Positions 9,477 to 17,299 of a stretch of 64,000 bases of DNA are shown here, in pieces. Positions within the stretch are counted from its first letter, which is position 1; the number at the start of each line of letters is the position of its first letter. Both the position numbers and the translations under genes were made by a program. The stretch lies in NCBI GenBank assembly GCA_964594455.1, contig CAZQLY010000001.1, forward strand, positions 69,989 to 133,988, read 5' to 3'. This stretch comes from an uncultured Gammaproteobacteria bacterium. GTDB taxonomy: Bacteria; Patescibacteriota; Patescibacteriia; JAHIZJ01. The notes under the pieces are model-generated. The model worked only from the letters and a program-made list of their open reading frames with translations, was not told the origin of the DNA and did no database searches.

Positions 9477-10280
9477 CTATTTTCTAAACTTTTGGAATAT
9501 CAAAACTGAAATAAACAACAGGGTTGATGTTAGCACTATGGTCGGACCGGTTGGTAGGTCTAAATAGTATGAAAGAATAATACCGGCCACCATTGTGATT
9601 TCAGCCAGTAATAAGGTAATGTACTCCAGGCTTTTGAGTGATTTAGCCAGTAGTTTGCCGGTAGAAGGCGGGATGATCAATAAGGCGCTGACTAAAATTA
9701 TTCCCAGCACTTTAACGCCCAGCACCACTGAAACGGACAAGGCAATATAAAGAGTTATTTCCAATAAGGTAACATTGATCCCGGCTAAGTAAGCGCTTTC
9801 CCGGTCAAATATCATCAGGGCAATCTTATTCTTCTTGGCGATATGCAACAAGATCAAAAGTGCCGCCACCACGCCAAAATATATTAATTCCGTGGTCTTG
9901 ATCGCCAGAATATTTCCGAATAAAAAGCTGATCAATTCAGGCTGATACCCCGATTGCAGACTGATCAACAAAACTCCCAGCGACATGCTGGCCGTAAAAA
10001 TAATTCCGATAATGGTGTCTGAAGACAGGACTGTTTTATTTTCTAGATAGTAAATAATAATTGCCAAGATAATGCCAAAGATAACCGCTACTGGCAGGGG
10101 GCTGACTCCAGTTATGATCCCGATAGCTATCCCGGCCAGTGAAGCGTGAGCAATCCCATCTCCAAAGAAAGCCATTTTTCTCAGCATGACAAAGATTCCC
10201 AAATAGGCCAGCAGTCCGGCTAATATCACGCCGGCTATTAGAGCTCGCTGAATAAATGGATATTGAAGCAACTCAATCAT
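9477..10280 (-). CDS. znuB: metal (zinc/manganese) ABC transporter permease, ABC-3 family
   Basis: Multi-TM protein containing 'FFGDGIAHASLAGIAIG' and following the typical ZnuB/TroC pattern. Lies in an operon with the ATPase and substrate-binding-protein genes. Confidence 0.7.
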   Translation of the reverse strand: MIELLQYPFIQRALIAGVILAGLLAYLGIFVMLRKMAFFGDGIAHASLAGIAIGIITGVSPLPVAVIFGIILAIIIYYLENKTVLSSDTIIGIIFTASMSLGVLLISLQSGYQPELISFLFGNILAIKTTELIYFGVVAALLILLHIAKKNKIALMIFDRESAYLAGINVTLLEITLYIALSVSVVLGVKVLGIILVSALLIIPPSTGKLLAKSLKSLEYITLLLAEITMVAGIILSYYLDLPTGPTIVLTSTLLFISVLIFQKFRK

Positions 10281-10989
10281 GTTTGGGATATTTATGTTGA
10301 TAGAGCGCTACATCTTGGCTATAAAGTGATTTCAACGTGTTTTCGTTGATTACATTTTCCGGTTTACCCGTGCATATAAGTTTACGATTCAAACAGATTA
10401 CCTGAGAAGCGTATTGGAAAACTATGTCGATTTCATGAGAAACCAGCACAACCGTAACATCGTGTTCGGTATTAAGATGTTTAATCAGATCATAGAAATT
10501 TTTCTCTCCCGTGATATCAATGCCGGAGACCGGCTCGTCAAAGAAAATTATCTTTGGCTCATTTACCAGCGCTCGGGCAATTAACACCCTTTGTATTTGA
10601 CCGCCTGATAATTTGCCAAGAATGAGATCTTGTTTCCCAGACAGGCCAACTTCTTTTAATGGGATATTAGTATCAGAATTTCTGTGTTTATCGTCTAGCG
10701 ACAATTTTAAAAATTCCCCAACTGTGATTGGGTAGGTTTTATCAAAGCTGAATCTTTGAGGGACGTAGGCAATATCTTGTCTAGCTAATGAAGGTTTTTT
10801 GTCCAGAATTGAGATTTCTCCATCTGATGGTATTAATCCGAGTAAAGCTTTTAATAATGTTGTCTTGCCAGAGCCATTGGGTCCAATCACTGCACAAATA
10901 GATTTTTCTTCCACTGTAAAATTAAGTCTTTCTAAGACAGTAAGATTGCCGTATTTGACTGTCAGGTTTTTTACTTGGACAGCTAGCAT
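10273..10989 (-). CDS. znuC: metal ABC transporter ATP-binding protein
   Basis: Walker A 'GPNGSGKTT', ABC signature 'LSGGQIQRVLIARAL', Walker B 'IIFFDEP'. Confidence 0.8.
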   Translation of the reverse strand: MLAVQVKNLTVKYGNLTVLERLNFTVEEKSICAVIGPNGSGKTTLLKALLGLIPSDGEISILDKKPSLARQDIAYVPQRFSFDKTYPITVGEFLKLSLDDKHRNSDTNIPLKEVGLSGKQDLILGKLSGGQIQRVLIARALVNEPKIIFFDEPVSGIDITGEKNFYDLIKHLNTEHDVTVVLVSHEIDIVFQYASQVICLNRKLICTGKPENVINENTLKSLYSQDVALYQHKYPKHD

Positions 10990-11934
10990 TTATTTTAGCG
11001 AGCTGATAATAATATCTGTATTATATTTTATCAGTTCAATATAACTTTGTCGATTATCTAAGCCTCCGAGGGGATCAAGGATCGCTAAACTGAGATCCAA
11101 GTCATTAGCAAAAGGCTGCAAGGTTTCATTAGATAGTTGTGGTTCGGAAAAAACAACTTTAATATCATGTTCGGTAATTTCTTCCTGGAACTTAACTAAA
11201 TATTGAGGGCTGGGTTCTTGACCAGGAAAAGGCTCAAAAGTGGTCACAATTTCTAAACCCATTTCATCAGCGAAATATTGCCAGGCATCATGAAAAGTAG
11301 CCATTTTTTTGTTAGTCAGTGAACTGAAGCGGTTGAGGGATTCATCTTTCAGATCATTCAGCGAATCAAAGTAGGTGTTTAAGTTTTCTTCAAAATATTC
11401 TTTGAACTCAGGAAATTTTGCTTCTAAACTAGACGTAATATTGGCGGCGATAGTTCTTGCATTGTCAAGCGACAACCAGTAGTGCGGATCGGTTGCATCA
11501 GTCTGTTCCTGATCTTCTTCATGCTCTTCCTCTTCTTCCCCGTCTTCATGTTCGTGAATGTGACCCGATTCTTTCAAGACAATATTTTCACTTACTATGG
11601 ATATTTCTATGTTTGGCCAGGTGTCGACCATATCCTCAACCCAATCATCGAGACCATATCCAATACCAAACACTATTTCTGATTGACTCAATTCTTTTAC
11701 TTTAGCCGGAGTGAGTTCAAAAGTATGAGGGCTGCTGCCTGAGGGGAGTATTTGAATGACGTCGATTTTGTCACCAGCAATGTTGGAAGTTATGTCAGCC
11801 AACGGAAAAATAGTAGCGGCGACAGTTGGTTGATCAGTTTCATCATCGGTTTTGCTGACAGTTAGAATAATTACTAATACCGCGATTATCAAAAGAACAA
11901 CCAGAATGATTTTTTGTATGAGATTGTTTTTCAT
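10990..11934 (-). CDS. znuA: metal ABC transporter substrate-binding protein (ZnuA/TroA family) with a His/acidic-rich loop
   Basis: Signal peptide followed by 'HIHEHEDGEEEEEHEEDQEQ', the His/Glu-rich flexible loop typical of ZnuA. Confidence 0.7.
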   Translation of the reverse strand: MKNNLIQKIILVVLLIIAVLVIILTVSKTDDETDQPTVAATIFPLADITSNIAGDKIDVIQILPSGSSPHTFELTPAKVKELSQSEIVFGIGYGLDDWVEDMVDTWPNIEISIVSENIVLKESGHIHEHEDGEEEEEHEEDQEQTDATDPHYWLSLDNARTIAANITSSLEAKFPEFKEYFEENLNTYFDSLNDLKDESLNRFSSLTNKKMATFHDAWQYFADEMGLEIVTTFEPFPGQEPSPQYLVKFQEEITEHDIKVVFSEPQLSNETLQPFANDLDLSLAILDPLGGLDNRQSYIELIKYNTDIIISSLK

Positions 11935-11939
11935 AGTGG

Positions 11940-12356
11940 TTATTTACATTTAGGACAAAGCCCAAAGAATTCCAGCGAATGCGAAGAGAGCTCAAATTCT
12001 TTTGACTTTAATTTGCTTATTATTAGATTAACTTCGCTGGCACAGTCGAACTCTTCGGTTCGACCGCATTTTTGACAAACAATATGATGATGGTGTTCTT
12101 TGGCAATTTCGTAGAGCTTGTGCTTGTCATTGTAGCCAAGTTCATCAATGATTCCTAGATCGCGCAAGAAATATAACTCGCGGTAAACAGTCGTTTTGTT
12201 TAATATAATATTCCTGGCTGACAACTGTTTTAAGATTTCTGATGCTGACAAATGCGCATCACTTTTTAATAGCAAGGATACTATAGCTTGCCTGGATTTG
12301 GTTATCCTATAGCCCAGATCTTTTATCTTATTTAATGGGGGAGAACTATTATTCAT
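11940..12356 (-). CDS. zur: Fur-family transcriptional regulator, probably Zur
   Basis: The real start is the internal Met (MNNSSPPLNKIK...). Contains 'HHHIVCQKCG' and C-terminal 'CPKC' metal sites of the Fur family. Lies directly upstream of znuACB. Confidence 0.7.
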   Translation of the reverse strand: MNNSSPPLNKIKDLGYRITKSRQAIVSLLLKSDAHLSASEILKQLSARNIILNKTTVYRELYFLRDLGIIDELGYNDKHKLYEIAKEHHHHIVCQKCGRTEEFDCASEVNLIISKLKSKEFELSSHSLEFFGLCPKCK

Positions 12357-12368
12357 ATATATACATAA

Positions 12369-12387
12369 TAATGCAACTCGGTTGCAT
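12369..12387. promoter_or_regulatory. perfect inverted repeat AATGCAAC-tcg-GTTGCATT, 13 nt upstream of the zur start
   Basis: 8-3-8 palindrome read directly from the sequence. Candidate operator. Confidence 0.3.
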
Positions 12388-12451
12388 TTGTCAAATATAA
12401 AAATTAACATGATATTGGCTAAAAACAAAAAGTATGATACTATCATACAAG

Positions 12452-12468
12452 GAGTAAGTTCTTTTGTT
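12452..12468. promoter_or_regulatory. Fur/Zur-box-like palindrome GTATGATA-c-TATCATAC
   Basis: 8-1-8 perfect palindrome with TGATA/TATCA half-sites typical of Fur-family operators. Lies in the divergent zur / 12490-ORF intergenic region, 22 nt upstream of the + strand ORF. Confidence 0.4.
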
Positions 12469-12489
12469 AATTGCCAAGGAGGATGGGGT

Positions 12490-12993
12490 ATGGAGCAAGG
12501 AACTCTAAATAGGGAGTTTGCTGGTTGTGATGATCTCTGTCGCACGGTTGTTGATAGAACAGTCCCGGTGCCTGAGCTGATTGCCCAATCGGGTTGCAGC
12601 TGGGAATCCCAAGGCCTGGATCTGGAGCAATTTCCAGCCTTAGAAGAGACGTCTGAATCAGTGCTCAAAGTGTGTATCACCAATGAATCTCTTCCTCACT
12701 GGAAAGTCTGCGAGCTAATCCAGCAAACGGGGCTTTACATTACGGCAGACCTTTGGGACCTGATAGCTTTTTGGAAAGCCTATCAGGCTCAGGAAGTAAC
12801 CCTTGGACCCGAACTGCCCCTAGGTTGGCTTTGGGCCTTGGGACCACCTTGGCTCTATTTTCCCGATCGGAGAAACTACTTCTTCAAGCTTGACCTAAAT
12901 AATGGTCAGCTGGTGGCGGCACCTTTAACTCTCCAAGGATTGAGTTTTGAATCCGGTACCCTCTTTCTGATTCGTCGTTGTCGAGACGAATAG
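12490..12993 (+). CDS. hypothetical protein, lying in a GC-rich islet
   Basis: AGGAGG ribosome-binding site 6 nt upstream of the ATG (MEQGTLNREF...). About 55% GC versus ~38% background. No recognisable motif. Confidence 0.35.
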   Translation: MEQGTLNREFAGCDDLCRTVVDRTVPVPELIAQSGCSWESQGLDLEQFPALEETSESVLKVCITNESLPHWKVCELIQQTGLYITADLWDLIAFWKAYQAQEVTLGPELPLGWLWALGPPWLYFPDRRNYFFKLDLNNGQLVAAPLTLQGLSFESGTLFLIRRCRDE

Positions 12994-13042
12994 ATCCGTG
13001 GCGTAAACGCGCTCGGATTTTTTTTGAAAAATATCATCCGAT

Positions 13043-13738
13043 ATGGTATTATTTAGGCATAAAAATATGGCAGAGTCTATTTTTTCTGTAAAAAAACTAT
13101 CCAAAACATATAAATTGGGTGATATAAGAGTAAAGGCGCTACGCGCGGTTTCTTTTGATATCCAGAGAGGTGAATTTTTAATTATTACCGGTAGAAATGG
13201 TTCGGGTAAGTCTACGCTCTTACATCAATTGGGCTTGCTGGATTTTCCAGATGGTGGAGAAATTTATTTCGAGAATAAGGAGGTAGTTGGGATGAAAGAA
13301 AAATATAGACGGATGTTGAGGCTAAACGATATTGGATATATTTTTCAGAATTATGCCTTAATAGCAGAATTGACAGCACTGGAGAATGTTATGCTGCCAG
13401 CCATGATGATCAAAGATCTAAAAACCTGCCGGCAGAATGCCGAAAAATTGTTGGTAAAAGTTGGATTGGGCAAAAGGTTAAAACATCTGACGAAACAATT
13501 ATCTGGCGGAGAGCAGCAGAAAGTGGCGATTGCCCGGGCTTTGATCAATAATCCTAAAGTGATATTTGCTGACGAGCCAACAGCTAATTTGGATACTACG
13601 GCCGCCAAAGACGTTATGCAGATATTCCAGAAATTAAATAAAGATGAAGGACATACGATCATTATGGTAACCCATGAACCGGAAGAGACTATATATGCCA
13701 GCAAACAGATTAAATTATCAGATGGAAAAATATTATGA
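13043..13738 (+). CDS. ABC transporter ATP-binding protein (LolD/MacB/FtsE-like)
   Basis: Walker A 'GRNGSGKST', signature 'LSGGEQQKVAIARAL', Walker B 'IFADEPT'. Confidence 0.8.
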   Translation: MVLFRHKNMAESIFSVKKLSKTYKLGDIRVKALRAVSFDIQRGEFLIITGRNGSGKSTLLHQLGLLDFPDGGEIYFENKEVVGMKEKYRRMLRLNDIGYIFQNYALIAELTALENVMLPAMMIKDLKTCRQNAEKLLVKVGLGKRLKHLTKQLSGGEQQKVAIARALINNPKVIFADEPTANLDTTAAKDVMQIFQKLNKDEGHTIIMVTHEPEETIYASKQIKLSDGKIL

Positions 13739-14934
13739 AGGGTGAGTCAAAAATTGCATTTTATTTAGCCTGGAGATTTCTTCAACGAGGCAATAAATGG
13801 ACTCTGCTGCTAATAATATTTTTAATGGCGATTGCATTTGTAAATTTAGTATTCGTGACTTCACTTTTTGACGGTATTGTAAAAGGGGCCAATGAACAGC
13901 TGATAAATACCTATACCGGCAATATATCAATGGTGCCATTGGAAGGTAATGAAGTAATAAATGATGTGGAAGATGTTCTAGAAAAAATTAGGAAAACTGA
14001 GGGAGTGAAAGCTGCTAGCTCCCAGTCATTTGTCCCCGCTTCATTAAAATATAAAAGTATTAGCGGTAATTGGCAGGTATTGGCTGTAGATCCTGAAGAC
14101 AAAAAAGAAGTACTAAACATATCGCAAAAAATGATTTCCGGGGAATATTTGGATGATTCGCCTGATGAAATTGTTATAGGAAGGCAAATCGCTGGCGGCG
14201 AGGGTGTGGAAATGGACGCTTTTTCTTTCAAAGATGCGCAAGTAGGTGATAAAGTCAGGCTTTCGTTTGACAGCGTTTCAAAAGAACTAACGATAAAGGG
14301 AATATTTTACACGAAATTTATAGATACTGATCAAAGAGCCTTTATCAATAAAAAAACACTAGTCGATCTGGTTCCGGGAATAGAAGATACCGCTACCAAT
14401 ATAATCATTCGCATAAATGAATCAGAAACAGAAAAAAATGTGATTGAACGTTTGGAAGATGAGAATCTTAATGGAAGATTCTTCAGCTGGGATGAAGTTT
14501 CGGGGTTGATGGATACAGTAACCGATAGCTTTTTGTTCGTAAACGCTTTATTGACTACGGTTGGCATATTGATAGCCGCCGTCACTATTTTTATAGTTAT
14601 CTATATTGATATTTTTTCAAAAAAACAGCAGATTGGAGTCTTACGAGCCATCGGTATTAAATCATATTTGATCCGTTCCGCTTATGTTATATTAACGGCT
14701 ATTTATTCAGTTTTAGGAGTCGCCTTGGGGCTAGCTATTTTGTTTGGAATTCTGATACCTTATTTTAAAGCTTATCCGTTTGAACTACCTATCGGAGACT
14801 CGACCTTGGCGGTTAATACTGTAGATTTGATATTTCGAGCCGAGCTGATTATCTGGGTGGCGATTGGTTCGGGGCTAATTCCAGCTTTAATAATAACAAG
14901 GGTAAAAATACTCAACGCTATCTTTAATAAATAG
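13735..14934 (+). CDS. ABC transporter permease, FtsX/MacB-like
   Basis: N-terminal TM, large periplasmic domain and three C-terminal TM helices, the FtsX-like permease architecture. ATGA overlap with the upstream ATPase gene. Confidence 0.7.
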   Translation: MKGESKIAFYLAWRFLQRGNKWTLLLIIFLMAIAFVNLVFVTSLFDGIVKGANEQLINTYTGNISMVPLEGNEVINDVEDVLEKIRKTEGVKAASSQSFVPASLKYKSISGNWQVLAVDPEDKKEVLNISQKMISGEYLDDSPDEIVIGRQIAGGEGVEMDAFSFKDAQVGDKVRLSFDSVSKELTIKGIFYTKFIDTDQRAFINKKTLVDLVPGIEDTATNIIIRINESETEKNVIERLEDENLNGRFFSWDEVSGLMDTVTDSFLFVNALLTTVGILIAAVTIFIVIYIDIFSKKQQIGVLRAIGIKSYLIRSAYVILTAIYSVLGVALGLAILFGILIPYFKAYPFELPIGDSTLAVNTVDLIFRAELIIWVAIGSGLIPALIITRVKILNAIFNK

Positions 14935-14985
14935 TCCAATAAAAAACATCAGCCTCTTTAAGACCGATGTTTTTTTATATTGCTA

Positions 14986-15327
14986 CTATTTTACTTCTTT
15001 GACGATAGCTTCAAATATATTGGAATGATTCATGGCTAGCTCAGCTAGAACTTTGCGATCTAGTTCAATCTTGTTCTTTTTTAAAGCGTTCATAAAGACC
15101 GAATAGCTCATCCCGTGCTGGCGGACAGTGGCATTGATCCGAACCTGCCAGAGGTTGCGAAAAGCTCTCTTTTTCACCCGGCGGTCGCGATAGGCTTGGG
15201 ACCCAGCTTTGGTAACGGCTACTTTGGCCAGCTTAGGCTTGCTCTTGCGGCCCCAGCGATATCCTTTAGCTTTCTTTAGAAGATTGCGTCGTCTTTTGGT
15301 ATGGGTTGTTCCACGTTTTACTCGCAT
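14986..15327 (-). CDS. rplT: 50S ribosomal protein L20
   Basis: '[28 protein letters not shown]' is the classic L20 N-terminus. Confidence 0.9.
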   Translation of the reverse strand: MRVKRGTTHTKRRRNLLKKAKGYRWGRKSKPKLAKVAVTKAGSQAYRDRRVKKRAFRNLWQVRINATVRQHGMSYSVFMNALKKNKIELDRKVLAELAMNHSNIFEAIVKEVK

Positions 15328-15332
15328 ACAGT

Positions 15333-15410
15333 TAATGAAGAATTAAGAATTACGAATTAATAATGAAGAATTAGGGTTTATAAACATTTTTAATTCTTCA
15401 TTTTTCATTT
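15333..15410. repeat. AT-rich palindromic intergenic element containing AATGAAGAATTAAGAATTA
   Basis: 19-mer identical to 39274-39292. The inverted partner TAATTCTTCATT follows downstream. Confidence 0.45.
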
Positions 15411-15415
15411 TTTTA

Positions 15416-15613
15416 TTATTTATAAGGCATTAACCGCCTAAGGCTGCGGGTATTGCTTTTGGCAGACACTTTATCGCGTCTTTTGTTGCGGGTAGTTGAT
15501 CCGCGTTCTCGAGAATTAAAATGATCCTGGCCAGCTTGGCGCTGAAGAATCTTTTTTTTGGATGTAACCTTGAAACGTTTGCTAGTTCCTTTATGGGTTT
15601 TCAGTTTCGGCAT
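15416..15613 (-). CDS. rpmI: 50S ribosomal protein L35
   Basis: 'MPKLKTHKGTSKRFKVT' is the classic L35 N-terminus. Confidence 0.9.
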   Translation of the reverse strand: MPKLKTHKGTSKRFKVTSKKKILQRQAGQDHFNSRERGSTTRNKRRDKVSAKSNTRSLRRLMPYK

Positions 15614-16116
15614 TATTTTCCTATTAACATTGTGAATCTTTTTCCCTGGCGAGTTAATGGCTGTTCGACCTTGGCGTTTCCAACCGCCTGGAGAAATTCG
15701 TTGATTTTTTGCTTAGCCCTGTCTACGTGCTGCATTTCACGTCCGCGAAGTATCATCTCGATGCGCACCTTATCTCCCGCTTCTAGAAACTTGATCGCTT
15801 GATTGATGCGGTGTTCAAAGTCGTGCTGGCCGATTTTCAGAGATATACGGATACCTTTGACATCAATCTTTCTCTGTTTGGCTTTTGATTTACGCTCGGC
15901 TTTTTCCTGACGATATTTGAAGGCGCCGAAGTTATCAAGTTTGCAGACCGGAGGATCGGCCTGAGGAGCTATTTCGACTAAATCAAAACCGCGTTCTTGC
16001 GCCAAGCGCAAGGCCTCATCAGTACGAAGAACCCCGAGCTGTACTCCATTTTCATCGATCACTCGTACCTGAGGTACGCGGATGTATTGATTAATCCGTG
16101 TTCTGTTCTTGCTAAT
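15613..16116 (-). CDS. infC: translation initiation factor IF-3, with a probable non-canonical AUU start
   Basis: The table ORF begins with GTG, but the frame stays open upstream as ISKNRTRINQYIRVPQVRV(IDENG...), matching the IF-3 N-terminus. The first in-frame codon after the stop is ATT at 16114-16116. Canonical infC-rpmI-rplT gene order. Confidence 0.75.
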   Translation of the reverse strand: MSKNRTRINQYIRVPQVRVIDENGVQLGVLRTDEALRLAQERGFDLVEIAPQADPPVCKLDNFGAFKYRQEKAERKSKAKQRKIDVKGIRISLKIGQHDFEHRINQAIKFLEAGDKVRIEMILRGREMQHVDRAKQKINEFLQAVGNAKVEQPLTRQGKRFTMLIGK

Positions 16117-16245
16117 TGTCTAGAAACTTAATTGTTATATTTGGCTGTGCCATCCGAAGCGCACTGTATTTGTGCATGTTTTACGGCACAATTGTTGCTC
16201 TCCTGCGCTGAAGCTACGGAGAGTATCCTTCGCTTATGCGAAGGA

Positions 16246-16635
16246 TGGTGGAGATGAGGGGAATTTCACCCCTGTCTGGAAAGGTCTCCAAAAACCTTCT
16301 ACCAACATAGTCTGTTTATAAGGATTCGAGCAACAAGGTCGAAACAGACAAAAAACTTGTTACTCTAGTCTCAGTTGCCCAGAACGATCTGCTGAAACAC
16401 CTAGATCGTTAGCCCTGATAAATGACACCCGGGTTTCTCCTATCAGGAGTCAGAGAATCGGATGGTCGCTGGTTATTTAAGCAGCGACAGGAGCTAAGCT
16501 AAATGATGCGAAAGCATTCTTTAGTTTAGCCAATTTTGACTTGGCATTTGTCTTGTGACCAGTTTTTTTACAGAGATCTGAGACTCTGATTGGCCGGTGT
16601 TTGAATGTGCTTTCCGTCGATTATTAAACATCCCC
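16246..16635 (-). ncRNA. ssrA: tmRNA (SsrA)
   Basis: Minus-strand 5' end GGGGAUGUUUAAUAAUCGACGGAAAGCAC parallels the canonical GGGG...AUUCGACGG start. The 3' end GGGGUGAAAUUCCCCUCAUCUCCACCA is a T-arm plus acceptor stem ending in CCA, with G3:U70 pairing. An internal reading frame ends ...SFSLAPVAA followed by UAA. smpB lies immediately adjacent. Confidence 0.65.
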
Positions 16636-16753
16636 GGAATATTGCTCTCAGAATTCGACACATTTCATCGTTGACAGTTTCGGTGCTCATTATTACGGCT
16701 TATTCCGCTCCTCACTGTCGCCTCGATCTGTATCAAATTCTGAGAGCATGCTA

Positions 16754-17200
16754 CTACCTTTTTAAAGCTCGGCGAATGCGTCGATCGGTTTCGCGTTTCT
16801 TTATTGTTTCACGCTTATCTGACTTCTTTTTTCCGCGTCCGATTCCGCCCTTGAGCTTAATCAGGCTGCCTCTAGTATATAGAGACAAGGGCATTAATGT
16901 CAAGCCTTGAGAGGCTCCTTTCCCGATCAGGCTTTTTATCTCACTTTTTTTCAAAAGAAGCTGGCGTTCGCGAGTGGGTTTATACTTTCTCTGGACGCTT
17001 TTGGCGTATTTATAAGGTGAGATATGACAATTGACCAGAATCGGAACATTATTCCTGATAGATATGTAGCTCCCTTTGAGTTGTACTTGTCCGCTTTTCA
17101 CAGATTTCACCTCGGGTCCAGTCAATACAATACCGGCCTCGAATTCGTCTTGAATATCGTAGCTGTACCGAGCGTATTTATTTGTGGCTAAAGTTGGCAT
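16754..17200 (-). CDS. smpB: SsrA-binding protein SmpB
   Basis: 'YDIQDEFEAGIVLTGPEVKSVKSGQVQLKGSYI' and a basic C-terminal tail, as expected for the SmpB family. Confidence 0.85.
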   Translation of the reverse strand: MPTLATNKYARYSYDIQDEFEAGIVLTGPEVKSVKSGQVQLKGSYISIRNNVPILVNCHISPYKYAKSVQRKYKPTRERQLLLKKSEIKSLIGKGASQGLTLMPLSLYTRGSLIKLKGGIGRGKKKSDKRETIKKRETDRRIRRALKR

Positions 17201-17299
17201 CGCATTTGTAGTTTATCACGTTAGTAAGGGATGTAAACAGTCATTTGACGATCAAGTCATAATATTGTTTTATATAGAAAAATTGGTTATAATAGCCGC

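Noticed and set aside
12357-12683. Upstream 109 codons of table ORF 11940..12683 (minus)
   Set aside because: The Fur-family domain begins at the internal Met (12356). The upstream part has no family similarity and overlaps the palindromic operator region and the divergent + strand gene.
16605-16910. Table ORF (+, 101 aa) spanning the smpB-proximal intergenic region
   Set aside because: It overlaps the tmRNA gene and the 3' end of smpB on the opposite strand. It has no ribosome-binding site, and the tmRNA explains the region.
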